DNA of 43,043 bases from Parcubacteria group bacterium Gr01-1014_56 (lineage in GTDB: Bacteria > Patescibacteriota > Minisyncoccia > Phycocordibacterales > SBAW01): contig VMFK01000001.1 of the NCBI GenBank assembly GCA_007375995.1, positions 1 to 43,043 on the forward strand, read 5' to 3'. The notes beneath the pieces were generated by a model. It saw only the letters and a program-made list of their open reading frames with translations. It ran no database searches and was not told the origin of the DNA. This document shows, piece after piece, positions 34,315 to 42,848 of the stretch (position 1 is the first letter of the stretch; each line of letters begins with the position of its first letter). A program made the translations under genes and the position numbers.

Positions 34315-34984
34315 ACGGGAAGAGGAGGACGAAAAGCGTGAGTATAAGTGCAAGCGAAAACGCTACTGCCGACTGAGACATCGGCTCATAACCGGTATTG
34401 GGGAGCGAGGGCGTGTAGCTGGCTACATAGGTCACTGGCTGATACACGACAGGCTGTTGATACTGATATTGGTAGTTGTAGGGATATTGCTGGTACGGCG
34501 GGTAATGATAGGGATAGTTGCCTGTGTACGCACTCGTGAGCGTCACATAGCAGGTGCGAGTTTCATTTGCCACAAGCGAACCTGAACAGCCGGAGGAGTA
34601 TGTGGGGTTGTAGCCTACCTGATTATAGACCGACGCCGAGTAGGAGCCCTCTAGGCGCACTGTGGTTCCGTTTTGCGAGCCGGCAAAATATCGCTCGGAT
34701 GGATTTGCTCCTGATACATAGATAGTAAAGTCCGAGGGCGAGCGATACCCGCCATACTGATTATTAACCTGCACATAAACCGTAAGCGACCCTAGTGTGT
34801 TGCAGTTGTTCCAATAGCTGCTGCTATATGGTGTATATGTCCCACAATTTTGGTAGGGATAATAGTTATAGTTATTGTAACCGTCGTAATAATATTGTGC
34901 CGACGCAAGAGTGGGCACAGCTGTTGCCAGAAGGGTGATTGCGAACATGGACAGCCCGAGAACACATCGTTTTAATAGATGCAT
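34280..34984 (-). CDS. Surface protein with an LPNTG sorting signal, Tyr/Asn-rich
   Basis: Signal peptide ...TLASAQ. C-terminal LPNTG, a hydrophobic helix and an RK tail. The body is rich in Y/N/S/G (YYYDGYNNYNYYPYQNC...). Confidence 0.7.
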   Translation of the reverse strand: MHLLKRCVLGLSMFAITLLATAVPTLASAQYYYDGYNNYNYYPYQNCGTYTPYSSSYWNNCNTLGSLTVYVQVNNQYGGYRSPSDFTIYVSGANPSERYFAGSQNGTTVRLEGSYSASVYNQVGYNPTYSSGCSGSLVANETRTCYVTLTSAYTGNYPYHYPPYQQYPYNYQYQYQQPVVYQPVTYVASYTPSLPNTGYEPMSQSAVAFSLALILTLFVLLFPYVRKSFAAVIR

Positions 34985-35064
34985 AGAATTCAGAAAAGCT
35001 TATAAAAGAGACGCGAACTGCCCCTAATAGTACGCCTCCCCAGGCCTTATGCAAGCACAGGTTT

Positions 35065-35817
35065 TTATTCGTGCCCGAGAAACAAGGCAACGAGGGACAT
35101 AAGTGTCACACCTAAAAGAAAGAGCGCTATATGCCGGACATAATGCGAGGTCCGGAGCGAGTGGCGCACCGAGTGCGGTATCAGGTCGCCGAGCACCACG
35201 ACTAAAAATGCCCCCGCAGCAAACCCGAGGAGCGGGCCTTCAAGTATTTCAAAAAAATCGAGAGCGAGAAAGCCTCCTATAGAGCCGACGAGGATAGTGC
35301 CCGAGACGGCAAAATTGTAGAGGAGTGCCTTGCGGGTGCTGTATCCGGCTTCGCGGAGTATAAAAAACTCCGAGACTTCCTGCAGGAGTTCGTGGATGGC
35401 AATACTCATTGCCGCCGAGGCTCCCACCACCGGCCCGGCGACAAAGGACGCAGCGAGCAAAATACCATCGCCCACATTGTGTAGCGCATCACTCAAGAGG
35501 ACGCGCCGCGGGTCGATAGAATGTTCGGCCTCGTCATCCGCATGGTCGGCATGTCGGTGAAGTGCAGGTAAGAGCTTAAACAGCACAGAGATACACAGTG
35601 CGCCCGCGAGCATAGCGCTAAGCCCAATAAAGAGGCCAGCATGCTCGATAGTCTCGGTAGCGAGATGGTACACGATAACCAGAAACACCCCTGCAGATAA
35701 ACTGACAAGAAAGTGCAGGTTGCGCTCCACCACTCTACCCGCACGTTTCCACAAAGACACCACGCCGACCAGCGAGACCAGCATGATGAGCAGAGAGAAC
35801 AGAATGATTTCAAACAT
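35065..35817 (-). CDS. ZIP-family divalent metal transporter
   Basis: HNVGDGILLAASF and HELLQEVSEFFIL motifs, with a His/Asp-rich loop (HRHADHADDEAEH). Confidence 0.8.
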   Translation of the reverse strand: MFEIILFSLLIMLVSLVGVVSLWKRAGRVVERNLHFLVSLSAGVFLVIVYHLATETIEHAGLFIGLSAMLAGALCISVLFKLLPALHRHADHADDEAEHSIDPRRVLLSDALHNVGDGILLAASFVAGPVVGASAAMSIAIHELLQEVSEFFILREAGYSTRKALLYNFAVSGTILVGSIGGFLALDFFEILEGPLLGFAAGAFLVVVLGDLIPHSVRHSLRTSHYVRHIALFLLGVTLMSLVALFLGHE

Positions 35818-35830
35818 AACGCGTCGCTGT

Positions 35831-36649
35831 TTACGGAGTTACTTGGGCTTCACCAGAAGCAGAGGCGTTAACCTTGAGCGTCTTAAGCCCTTTGACGATA
35901 TCCCCCGCGGCTTTGCGTGCGGCAACAAGGTCTTTGTGTGCGGCCTCTATCTCAACGCGAGATGCCTTGAGAGCTTCAGTATTTGATTTCATTTTTGCTG
36001 CATCGCCACCGTCTGGCGCGAGCGTTGCTGAGCCAGTGACTGCATTTTGTGCATGGACTTGGGCACTACTAAGCGAGGTCCCCATAGCGACAAGCAGTGT
36101 GTTAAGCGCGGTGACATCTGCGCCCGCCGTCCCCGCCTCGGTTATACGCGCTTGGAGTTTTGCTCCGAGCCCCGCTAACATGTTTATGATGGTTGCTTCG
36201 CGGTCGGCGGCGGCGGCGATGCGTGCTTGCGGCGTGATGAGTATAAATATACGATATGCATCACTGATCGACTTTACGTCAGCCCGGAGTATTGCGCTGT
36301 CTGTGTCAGCGTCGATCTTGACCTTAAGTGCTGAGAGAAGTGTTATTTGGTTTTGAACATTTGTGTTCAAATTTTGCTTAAACTCCGCCGAAATTTTAGT
36401 GACACCACTTATGCGCAAGGCAAGGTCATTAAGTGCCTTGATGCGACGATCTATCTCTTTGTTTGCCTTTTCTTTGGCGCGAGTCATAACCGCAGCGCTC
36501 ACGCTTGCTGAAGCTCCAACTCCCGGAGTCTGCACCGTAGCGTTTACTGCAGCGTCGATACCTGTTTGAGCGAACGCGAGCGAGGGTAGCAGAAGTGAGA
36601 GAGCGAGTGCACCCGCCACTGCGCGACGTATGTAGAGGTTGAGAGTCAT
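35831..36649 (-). CDS. Hypothetical secreted Ala-rich helical protein
   Basis: Signal peptide ...LPSLAFAQ. The remainder is long and helical with low complexity. Confidence 0.5.
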   Translation of the reverse strand: MTLNLYIRRAVAGALALSLLLPSLAFAQTGIDAAVNATVQTPGVGASASVSAAVMTRAKEKANKEIDRRIKALNDLALRISGVTKISAEFKQNLNTNVQNQITLLSALKVKIDADTDSAILRADVKSISDAYRIFILITPQARIAAAADREATIINMLAGLGAKLQARITEAGTAGADVTALNTLLVAMGTSLSSAQVHAQNAVTGSATLAPDGGDAAKMKSNTEALKASRVEIEAAHKDLVAARKAAGDIVKGLKTLKVNASASGEAQVTP

Positions 36650-36651
36650 AA

Positions 36652-36957
36652 TTAGAATTCTTGGCTTACTGGCTTGTCATTGATGCTGTTGTCGATATTT
36701 GCAGAGTCTGAGCTGAGGGCCGAGAGCTGAGCGTCCACTGCTGCGGAGTCTTGCACAATTGCTGCGTCGGAGCCGTCGCTGCTCCCTGTCGGCAAATCGT
36801 TCACCGGTGTGGTGTTTTGTGCCGTTTGTGGCGTGGTGGTTGCTTGCTCCTGGGGCCCCGAGGCCACCTGAGACATAAGCGAGGCAAATACTCCGCTCCA
36901 CCAGAGTCCTACACCTATGAGCGCGGCAATCCCGAGCCCGATAATCCATTTAGTCAT
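36652..36957 (-). CDS. Hypothetical membrane-anchored protein
   Basis: N-terminal TM helix (WIIGLGIAALIGVGLWWSGVF) and an acidic/Ser-rich tail. It lies 2 nt from the downstream gene. Confidence 0.45.
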   Translation of the reverse strand: MTKWIIGLGIAALIGVGLWWSGVFASLMSQVASGPQEQATTTPQTAQNTTPVNDLPTGSSDGSDAAIVQDSAAVDAQLSALSSDSANIDNSINDKPVSQEF

Positions 36958-37063
36958 ATCACTGTAACCTTACTTGGGTTATTATTAACACTATCTATGT
37001 CAGTATACCCTATTTATTTCTCTGCATATCTAGACGGGCAGGGTAAACATGTATTACAAAATC

Positions 37064-37477
37064 TTACGGGTTTTGAGTCTCATTTTCGCCAAACTCTAAG
37101 CACACGGAGTTTAGACAATAGCGCTTCCCGGTTGCGGTTGGGCCGTCGTCAAACAGATGGCCCAAGTGCGAGCCACACTGTGCACAGAGGACCTCGGTGC
37201 GGTGCATCCCGTAGGAGTTGTCGGCCTTAAACTCAACCGCGCCAGGGAGTGCCTGGTCAAAAGAGGGCCAGCCTGTTCCTGACTCAAATTTAGCGTCAGA
37301 GGCAAAGAGCGGGTTCCCACAGGCCATGCATTGGTAGACGCCATTGCGTTTTTCTTGGAGCAGTTTGCCGCTAAAGGGTGCCTCTGTCCCCCGCTCGCGC
37401 AACACCTTGTATTGCTCGGGGGTGAGCTTCTTTTTCCATTCAGCTTCGGAGTAAGTTATGTCTTTATGCGGGTTCAT
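37064..37477 (-). CDS. msrB: Peptide-methionine (R)-S-oxide reductase MsrB
   Basis: CMACGNPLF...GWPSF...CAQCGSHLGHLFDDGP. The start is set at the ATG at 37477. Confidence 0.88.
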   Translation of the reverse strand: MNPHKDITYSEAEWKKKLTPEQYKVLRERGTEAPFSGKLLQEKRNGVYQCMACGNPLFASDAKFESGTGWPSFDQALPGAVEFKADNSYGMHRTEVLCAQCGSHLGHLFDDGPTATGKRYCLNSVCLEFGENETQNP

Positions 37478-37511
37478 GTAGTTGTATCGAAGCGTTACTT
37501 GTGTCTTATAA

Positions 37512-38180
37512 CTATTCATATACGACTTCGGTTAACTCAGCGTGAGGGCTAGGTATCACACACAGTACTTTCCCTGCGATTTTGAAGTCTTCCCGGAGAA
37601 CTATCGGCCTATATTTAGGGTTTTTAGACTCCGGGTAGAGAATCGTGACGCCATTTTTACGCTCATATCGCTTGACCGTCACCATGTCGCCGACAATTGC
37701 TGCAACGCGGTCGCCGTTTTGGGCTTCGTCGGTAAAGCGTATAAGTACATAGTCGCCTGGGTTAATGCCTGCGTCTTGCATAGAGTCGCCAACCGCTCTC
37801 ACCGCAACTATCCCGCTCTCGCCTCCACCACGAGGGTCCGCGGCGATAGTTTTGTCTACTTCAAGAAACTCGTCGCGCTCTTCTTGTGCAAAGAGGCTGA
37901 GGTCGTCGCAACCAACGTTTGCGATAACAGGGACACTCATCGTTGAGCCCGCGCCGCCCTCTGCGCGCAGTTCAATATTGCGCTTTGCATTCTTGCGGCG
38001 CACGATGTAGCCCTTGCGCTCAAGCACCTCCAAGTACTGCGTGACCGTACGCAGTGATTTTAATTTAAGCGCCTTACGTAGTTCGTCCAGCGTGGGCGAC
38101 TCTCCTCTCCCGTTCATTTGTTTTTGGAGCTCCGAGTAAACCCGTTGCTGTTTTGTAGTGAGAGGAACATTCATACGCAT
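37512..38180 (-). CDS. lexA: LexA-type repressor/autopeptidase
   Basis: N-terminal wHTH (LTTKQQRVYSEL...PTLDELRKAL...YLEVLERKGYI). S24 peptidase part with VGDSMQDAGINPGDYVLI and a downstream Lys. Confidence 0.85.
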   Translation of the reverse strand: MRMNVPLTTKQQRVYSELQKQMNGRGESPTLDELRKALKLKSLRTVTQYLEVLERKGYIVRRKNAKRNIELRAEGGAGSTMSVPVIANVGCDDLSLFAQEERDEFLEVDKTIAADPRGGGESGIVAVRAVGDSMQDAGINPGDYVLIRFTDEAQNGDRVAAIVGDMVTVKRYERKNGVTILYPESKNPKYRPIVLREDFKIAGKVLCVIPSPHAELTEVVYE

Positions 38181-38244
38181 AATGTAGCATACTTTTTAGC
38201 GCACAATACACAAGATACACAAATTATGTGGATAACTAGAGGAT

Positions 38245-38274
38245 TAGGCAAAGATCAAAATACTGTGCTATACT
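38245..38274 (+). promoter_or_regulatory. Candidate promoter for the metK leader
   Basis: Extended -10 TGC-TATACT (38266-38274), with a weak -35 around TTAGGC/TAGGCA. Confidence 0.35.
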
Positions 38275-38293
38275 CATAAATGACAATTAAATA

Positions 38294-38440
38294 GTGCGTA
38301 TCCAGAGTGCGGCGAGAGATTTGGCTCTACGACCCGCCAGCAACTTGTCCTGAGTTTATTGAAGGATAAAGTGCTCCCAGCCCTTATAGGGAGCGATGCA
38401 AGTAATGACGTCTCCCCTTGCGGGAGATTGTTTGTTATTA
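38294..38440 (+). promoter_or_regulatory. SAM-I riboswitch with terminator expression platform
   Basis: P1 GTATC/GATGC, J1/2 cAGAG, P2 GCGG..GAGAGA..GGCTC..CCGC, GCAAC, P3 CTTGTCCT/AGGATAAG, GTGCT, P4 CTCCC/GGGAG. Then TCTCCC-cttgc-GGGAGA followed by TTGTTTGTTATT. Confidence 0.7.
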
Positions 38441-38459
38441 GCTACTAATCATTTAACCC

Positions 38460-39512
38460 ATGTTTCATTTGCTGCAGTACTACACGACCGAGTCCGTAAC
38501 CGCAGGGCACCCCGACAAAGTGTGTGACCAGATATCAGACGCTATTTTAGACGCGGCACTAGCTGAGGACCCAAAGAGCCGTGTGGCGATCGAAGTTGTA
38601 GGGAGCCACGGCGCAATGCTCATTGCCGGAGAAATTAAAACGAACGCGAATATAGATTTTGAAAAGATTGCAAGAAAGACCTACACCGATATCGGCTACG
38701 AGGACAACTTGGAGATCGCGGTCAGAGTTGCTAAACAATCGAGTGACATAGCGCAAGGTGTCGACCAAGGCGGCGCGGGCGACCAAGGCATCATGTACGG
38801 CTACGCGACCGACGAGACAAAAGCATTTTTACCGCTTGGTGTTGTCTACGCTCATGCGCTCGCAAAAAAACTGGAGGACCTACGCACGAGCGGGACTCTA
38901 AAATGGCTGCGCCCCGACGGTAAAACACAAGTCACTATTAAAAACGGCAAGGTAGTGACCGCGCTGTGCAGTACCCAGCACTCGGAGGAAGTAACGCTCG
39001 AGGAGATCCGCAGAGCACTTACTGAGCACTTGTTTAAAGCAGTGCTCGGCGATATCTCAGGCATTGAGATCCTCGTTAACCCCACTGGCCGCTTTGTGCA
39101 GGGCGGGTTTGAGGCAGACGCAGGGCTCACAGGGCGCAAAATTATGGTCGACACCTACGGCGGGCTACTCCCCCACGGCGGCGGCGCCTTCTCGGGTAAA
39201 GACTCGACCAAGGTCGACCGCTCAGCCGCCTACATGGCACGCTTTGCAGCAAAAAATTTAGTGGCAAACGGCTACGCTAAAAAAGCGCTGGTCTCAGTTG
39301 CCTACGCAATTGGCCGCGTGGAGCCGGTCATGGTTGAGGCCTTCGACGAGAACGGTAAGAACCTCTCGGACATTGTCACCAAGAACTTCGACTTCCGCCC
39401 ACTTGCGATCATCGAGCGCTTGGGGCTCCGCAAACCGATCTTCCAAAAAACTGCTGCCTACGGACACTTTGGCGTCGCCGGAAGGTCGTGGGAGGAGGTA
39501 ATTAAGATCTAG
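38460..39512 (+). CDS. metK: S-adenosylmethionine synthase
   Basis: TESVTAGHPDKVCDQISDAILD, GAGDQGIMYGYA and GGGAFSGKDSTKVDRSAAY. Confidence 0.92.
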   Translation: MFHLLQYYTTESVTAGHPDKVCDQISDAILDAALAEDPKSRVAIEVVGSHGAMLIAGEIKTNANIDFEKIARKTYTDIGYEDNLEIAVRVAKQSSDIAQGVDQGGAGDQGIMYGYATDETKAFLPLGVVYAHALAKKLEDLRTSGTLKWLRPDGKTQVTIKNGKVVTALCSTQHSEEVTLEEIRRALTEHLFKAVLGDISGIEILVNPTGRFVQGGFEADAGLTGRKIMVDTYGGLLPHGGGAFSGKDSTKVDRSAAYMARFAAKNLVANGYAKKALVSVAYAIGRVEPVMVEAFDENGKNLSDIVTKNFDFRPLAIIERLGLRKPIFQKTAAYGHFGVAGRSWEEVIKI

Positions 39513-39520
39513 CTACCGCT

Positions 39521-40171
39521 CTACTTAAACGTGATCGAATTGATCACCATCGCTTCTACTGGGCGGTCATTTGCACCCGTCGGCGTGTTTTCAATTGCCT
39601 CTACAACCTCAAGGCCCTTAATAACTTTGCCGAAGGTAGTGTGTTTGGTGTCGAGGAAGTTGTTGCTCGCAACGTTGATAAAAAACTGCGAGCCATTGGT
39701 ATTAGGCCCAGCGTTAGCCATCGAGATAGTGCCGATGTTGTTGTGGTTGTTTGCGCGGATCTCGTCGGCAAAGTTGTAGCCAGGGCCGCCTGTCCCCCAG
39801 CGCGCGGCCTGGCTGTCGTCACGGCTCAGCGGGTCGCCGCCTTGGATCATGAAGTCTTTGATCACGCGGTGGAACTTGGTGCCGTCGTAGAAGCCTGCTT
39901 GCGCTAGCTTAACAAAATTAGCGACCGTGTTTGGTGCGTCGGCCTCAAAAAGCTCGATCACGATATCGCCCTTGGTTGTGTGGAGTGTCGCCTGCATAAA
40001 TTTGTTATTACTACTAATAGGTTCTGGCGTATTTGGGGCGGAAGTGTTGGTTTGAGCGGTAGTGGTTGCTGTTGGCGAGGTTGCCAGATCGACACTGCTA
40101 GTACCCAAGACCCAGTATGCGCCAAACCCTACGACCAAAAGCCCGACCACGAGCCAAATAATTTTAACCAT
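39521..40171 (-). CDS. Cyclophilin-type peptidyl-prolyl isomerase, membrane anchored
   Basis: N-terminal TM helix. [30 protein letters not shown] and HTTFGKV. Confidence 0.88.
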   Translation of the reverse strand: MVKIIWLVVGLLVVGFGAYWVLGTSSVDLATSPTATTTAQTNTSAPNTPEPISSNNKFMQATLHTTKGDIVIELFEADAPNTVANFVKLAQAGFYDGTKFHRVIKDFMIQGGDPLSRDDSQAARWGTGGPGYNFADEIRANNHNNIGTISMANAGPNTNGSQFFINVASNNFLDTKHTTFGKVIKGLEVVEAIENTPTGANDRPVEAMVINSITFK

Positions 40172-40177
40172 AGTTAT

Positions 40178-40423
40178 TTATAACACCCCCTTGTTGGCGG
40201 TGAGCCAGTCCATCAGCTTTTTGCGGTGTTTGTCGATAGTCCACTCTTTGCTATCTTTAAAAAGTTCTGCGTGCGCAACTTGAAAGAGTTGGAGCGCTTT
40301 TACCGAGGCGCGAGGAAACGTGTCAGGGATATTCTCGTTGTAATAGTGAACAAAGCCAGAAAGAGTTTTTTCTATCAAATTGAGGTCTGGCCCTAAATCT
40401 TTTTTGGAGTGGTGCACGAACAC
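40178..40423 (-). CDS. Hypothetical protein
   Basis: 81-aa ORF packed tightly between neighbouring genes. No motif recognised. Confidence 0.4.
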   Translation of the reverse strand: MFVHHSKKDLGPDLNLIEKTLSGFVHYYNENIPDTFPRASVKALQLFQVAHAELFKDSKEWTIDKHRKKLMDWLTANKGVL

Positions 40424-40459
40424 ACTATATCACAGATTTTGATTTTATACCAGCTCGTT

Positions 40460-40705
40460 TTATTTGAGCCCGCACATCTCTAACTTTTGCTGGCGCGAGA
40501 GTTGTTTAACCCGATACTCCTCTTTGCTCGCGGCCTCTTGGTCGCCAACCTCTTTGCTAAAGATAAGCTTAACCGGCCTGCGCGACTGCGTATACTTAGC
40601 ACCCAGCCCCGCGCCATTGTGCTCTTTGAGGCGTTTTTCTACGTCAAGGGCTATCCCTGTGTAGAGCGTGTTGTCTGCGCACCGGAGGATATAAAGCGAG
40701 AACAT
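40460..40705 (-). CDS. GIY-YIG domain protein (YhbQ/UPF0213-like)
   Basis: FSLYILRCADNTLYTGIALDVEKRLKEHN...YRVKQL has the GIY...YIG pattern. Confidence 0.8.
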   Translation of the reverse strand: MFSLYILRCADNTLYTGIALDVEKRLKEHNGAGLGAKYTQSRRPVKLIFSKEVGDQEAASKEEYRVKQLSRQQKLEMCGLK

Positions 40706-40709
40706 ACCT

Positions 40710-41042
40710 CTAGTGTACCTCTTTTAGCCGCTTGCGTAGAGCTTTATAACTTGGTGTAGTTTGCTGAACTAAGGCCCAGAACTCGGGCGAGTGATTAAAA
40801 GCTCCTAGATGGCAGAGCTCATGCACCACTAAATAGTCTTGGAGCTCAGGGGGTAACCCCACGATTTTATAATTAAAATTTAGGTTCCCCCGGCTCGAGC
40901 AGCTCCCCCAGCGGCTTTTGTGGTTCTTGATAAAAATCTTCTTGAGTGTGAAGTTATAATGAGCATTAAACTGCGCGAGCTTGGCATGCACCAAAGCTCG
41001 CGCAGCCTCTTTATAGGCTAAATACTTTGCCCTGCCTCGCAT
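40710..41042 (-). CDS. YgjP-like (DUF45) zinc metallopeptidase, short form
   Basis: WGSCSSRGNLNFNYKIV...VVHELCHLGAFNHSPEFW (HExxH). Confidence 0.65.
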   Translation of the reverse strand: MRGRAKYLAYKEAARALVHAKLAQFNAHYNFTLKKIFIKNHKSRWGSCSSRGNLNFNYKIVGLPPELQDYLVVHELCHLGAFNHSPEFWALVQQTTPSYKALRKRLKEVH

Positions 41043-41458
41043 TACATGACTGGCTCAATGACACCAAAGAGGTTCCCTTCGGTGTCTTTGTAGTAGCGGA
41101 GCTTCCCCACGCCGGGCACATCCATTTTGTCGGTTTGGGGTTTGCCACCAGCTGCGTCTATCTTCTTGATAGTCGCGTCGATGTCCTTAACCCCAACGAT
41201 CGAGGTAAAAGCGTTTGGGGAAAGGCCGTCAGGCGGTAGAGGCGCGTTACGTTTCATCATCCCGCCGTTTATCCCGATGTCCTCCATCTTGATAGAACCT
41301 TTAGCCATCTCGTCGGGCCCGGGGCCTGTCATGATCATACGGTAGTTGCCGTACTCCGGACCCGTAATCTGAAACTCCCACCCAAAACATTGCTCATAAA
41401 ATTTCTGCGCGCGGTCCAGGTCCTCTGCCTGGATCTCGAAGTGTACAACTCTGTTCAT
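41042..41458 (-). CDS. VOC (glyoxalase/bleomycin-resistance fold) family protein
   Basis: VHFEIQAEDLDRAQKFYEQCFGWEF is a typical VOC N-terminal beta-alpha-beta unit. Confidence 0.7.
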   Translation of the reverse strand: MNRVVHFEIQAEDLDRAQKFYEQCFGWEFQITGPEYGNYRMIMTGPGPDEMAKGSIKMEDIGINGGMMKRNAPLPPDGLSPNAFTSIVGVKDIDATIKKIDAAGGKPQTDKMDVPGVGKLRYYKDTEGNLFGVIEPVM

Positions 41459-41495
41459 AGATCAATTATATACTATGTAATATTTCGTGAGTCTC

Positions 41496-41912
41496 CTACT
41501 GCTGTTTGCGGACCGATAAGCCGTTTGCACTACTCCTATAGACATGCTCCTCGCCTCTCACTTGTACCGTGACCTCGTAGCCCGGCACGATAGCTTGGGT
41601 GCAAAACTCCCCTTCGCGCGCAAGCCCCAAGCAGCCGTCTGGCCACTCCTTTTCGTATGCGGTGAGTATGAGTACCTTGTCCTCGCTCACACCCGCCTCT
41701 TTGGCAGCGAGCGTGCGCACTGCGGCAACGCCGGCCGGGACAGGCAAGTTATGGATTGAGCCCGAGGGCGCACCCTCGGCGGAATTCGGCGGGTTGAAGC
41801 CAAGCCCTTCTGTGTCGCTTGCAGAGGGTGCTTTAGCCATCAAGAGCCAAACCGCACCTCCAACAATAATAAAAGCAACCCCGAGCAGTAAAATATTTTT
41901 CATGTTCCCCAT
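41496..41912 (-). CDS. Hypothetical membrane-anchored/exported protein
   Basis: N-terminal TM helix (ILLLGVAFIIVGGAVWLLM). No recognised domain. Confidence 0.45.
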   Translation of the reverse strand: MGNMKNILLLGVAFIIVGGAVWLLMAKAPSASDTEGLGFNPPNSAEGAPSGSIHNLPVPAGVAAVRTLAAKEAGVSEDKVLILTAYEKEWPDGCLGLAREGEFCTQAIVPGYEVTVQVRGEEHVYRSSANGLSVRKQQ

Positions 41913-41956
41913 ACAGACAGTATATCAAATTATTACTATACCTTTTTGATATCAAA

Positions 41957-42253
41957 CTATTCTAGTTTTTTGCAAAATACTAGAATAAGCTCGGCACGCA
42001 CAGTTAGCTTGTGTCGGACACTCGTTCCGTCGCTACGCTTAAGTAAGAGGCCGGTAATGGCCATTTTGCGCAAATGGTCCGAGGTGTTCATATACCCTAT
42101 TTTCAAACGCTCCGAAATCTCTTCGACTGATAGTTCTGGTTCGCGCTTGAGTAGCTCGAGGATTTGCAAGCGACGGTGGTTTGCAAAACCTTTTATGACA
42201 CGCTCAAGTCGTCGATATGCATACGTCTCTTTTGCCATGGCGGGAGCATACAT
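41957..42253 (-). CDS. ArsR/SmtB-family transcriptional regulator
   Basis: FANHRRLQILELLKREPELSVEEISERLKIGYMNTSDHLRKM is a wHTH. The start could be 42253 or 42238; the longer ORF would run over its own operator. Confidence 0.7.
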   Translation of the reverse strand: MYAPAMAKETYAYRRLERVIKGFANHRRLQILELLKREPELSVEEISERLKIGYMNTSDHLRKMAITGLLLKRSDGTSVRHKLTVRAELILVFCKKLE

Positions 42254-42260
42254 TGTGTCC

Positions 42261-42280
42261 CGTAATTTTGCAAAATTACG
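42261..42280. promoter_or_regulatory. 20-nt perfect palindrome, operator candidate for the ArsR-like gene
   Basis: CGTAATTTTGCAAAATTACG. Related TTTTGCAAAA-centred sites lie at 42317-42342 and 41960-41985. Confidence 0.5.
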
Positions 42281-42412
42281 TATTAACAAACCGAGGAGTG
42301 CCAGGGACTTTGAGTATTCTAGTATTTTGCAAAATTACGTAATAAGGGTGAGGGTTGGTAAGACGGTGGCTTGGTAAAGATGGCCGGGGGTGGAGATGTG
42401 CCTTAGCCTGAC

Positions 42413-42550
42413 TTATTGCACGGTGTTTACTATCGCTTGGGCGAAGTTGAGGATGAGCTCTAGGATCGCAATAAAAAAGTTAACAATGAGCGTTAAGAGG
42501 GCGAGCAAAAAGCTGAGTATCATCTGCAAAAAATTTTGTATCGGGTTCAT
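42413..42550 (-). CDS. Possible 45-aa hydrophobic peptide
   Basis: Hand-translated as MNPIQNFLQMILSFLLALLTLIVNFFIAILELILNFAQAIVNTVQ*. It is below the ORF-track length cut-off and has no clear SD. Confidence 0.25.
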   Translation of the reverse strand: MNPIQNFLQMILSFLLALLTLIVNFFIAILELILNFAQAIVNTVQ

Positions 42551-42568
42551 AGAGAAATTATAGCATAT

Positions 42569-42700
42569 TCACTTGTGCTTTCTGGATTTTTTTCCAAGAA
42601 AGCGGAGAATCAACTTCCTAGTTTCTATATCTGATCTATCAAGGACTACAGCGAGTAATGCAATAGCTAGAACAAGTGTAGTTAAACTTTCCAATGTCAT
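42569..42700 (-). CDS. Possible 43-aa single-TM peptide with a basic tail
   Basis: Hand-translated as MTLESLTTLVLAIALLAVVLDRSDIETRKLILRFLGKKSRKHK*. Confidence 0.25.
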   Translation of the reverse strand: MTLESLTTLVLAIALLAVVLDRSDIETRKLILRFLGKKSRKHK

Positions 42701-42848
42701 GCCATTAAGAATATGGTGTGTGGGTGGAAGGTCAATAGAAAAATCTTAAAATTTGAATGATGACTTTTTTCTCCTGGGCCGTTTACAAGCCACGACCCCC
42801 CAGTTTTTTCGTCAGTTTCACTTTGAAAAATAAGGACTCAGAATTGTT

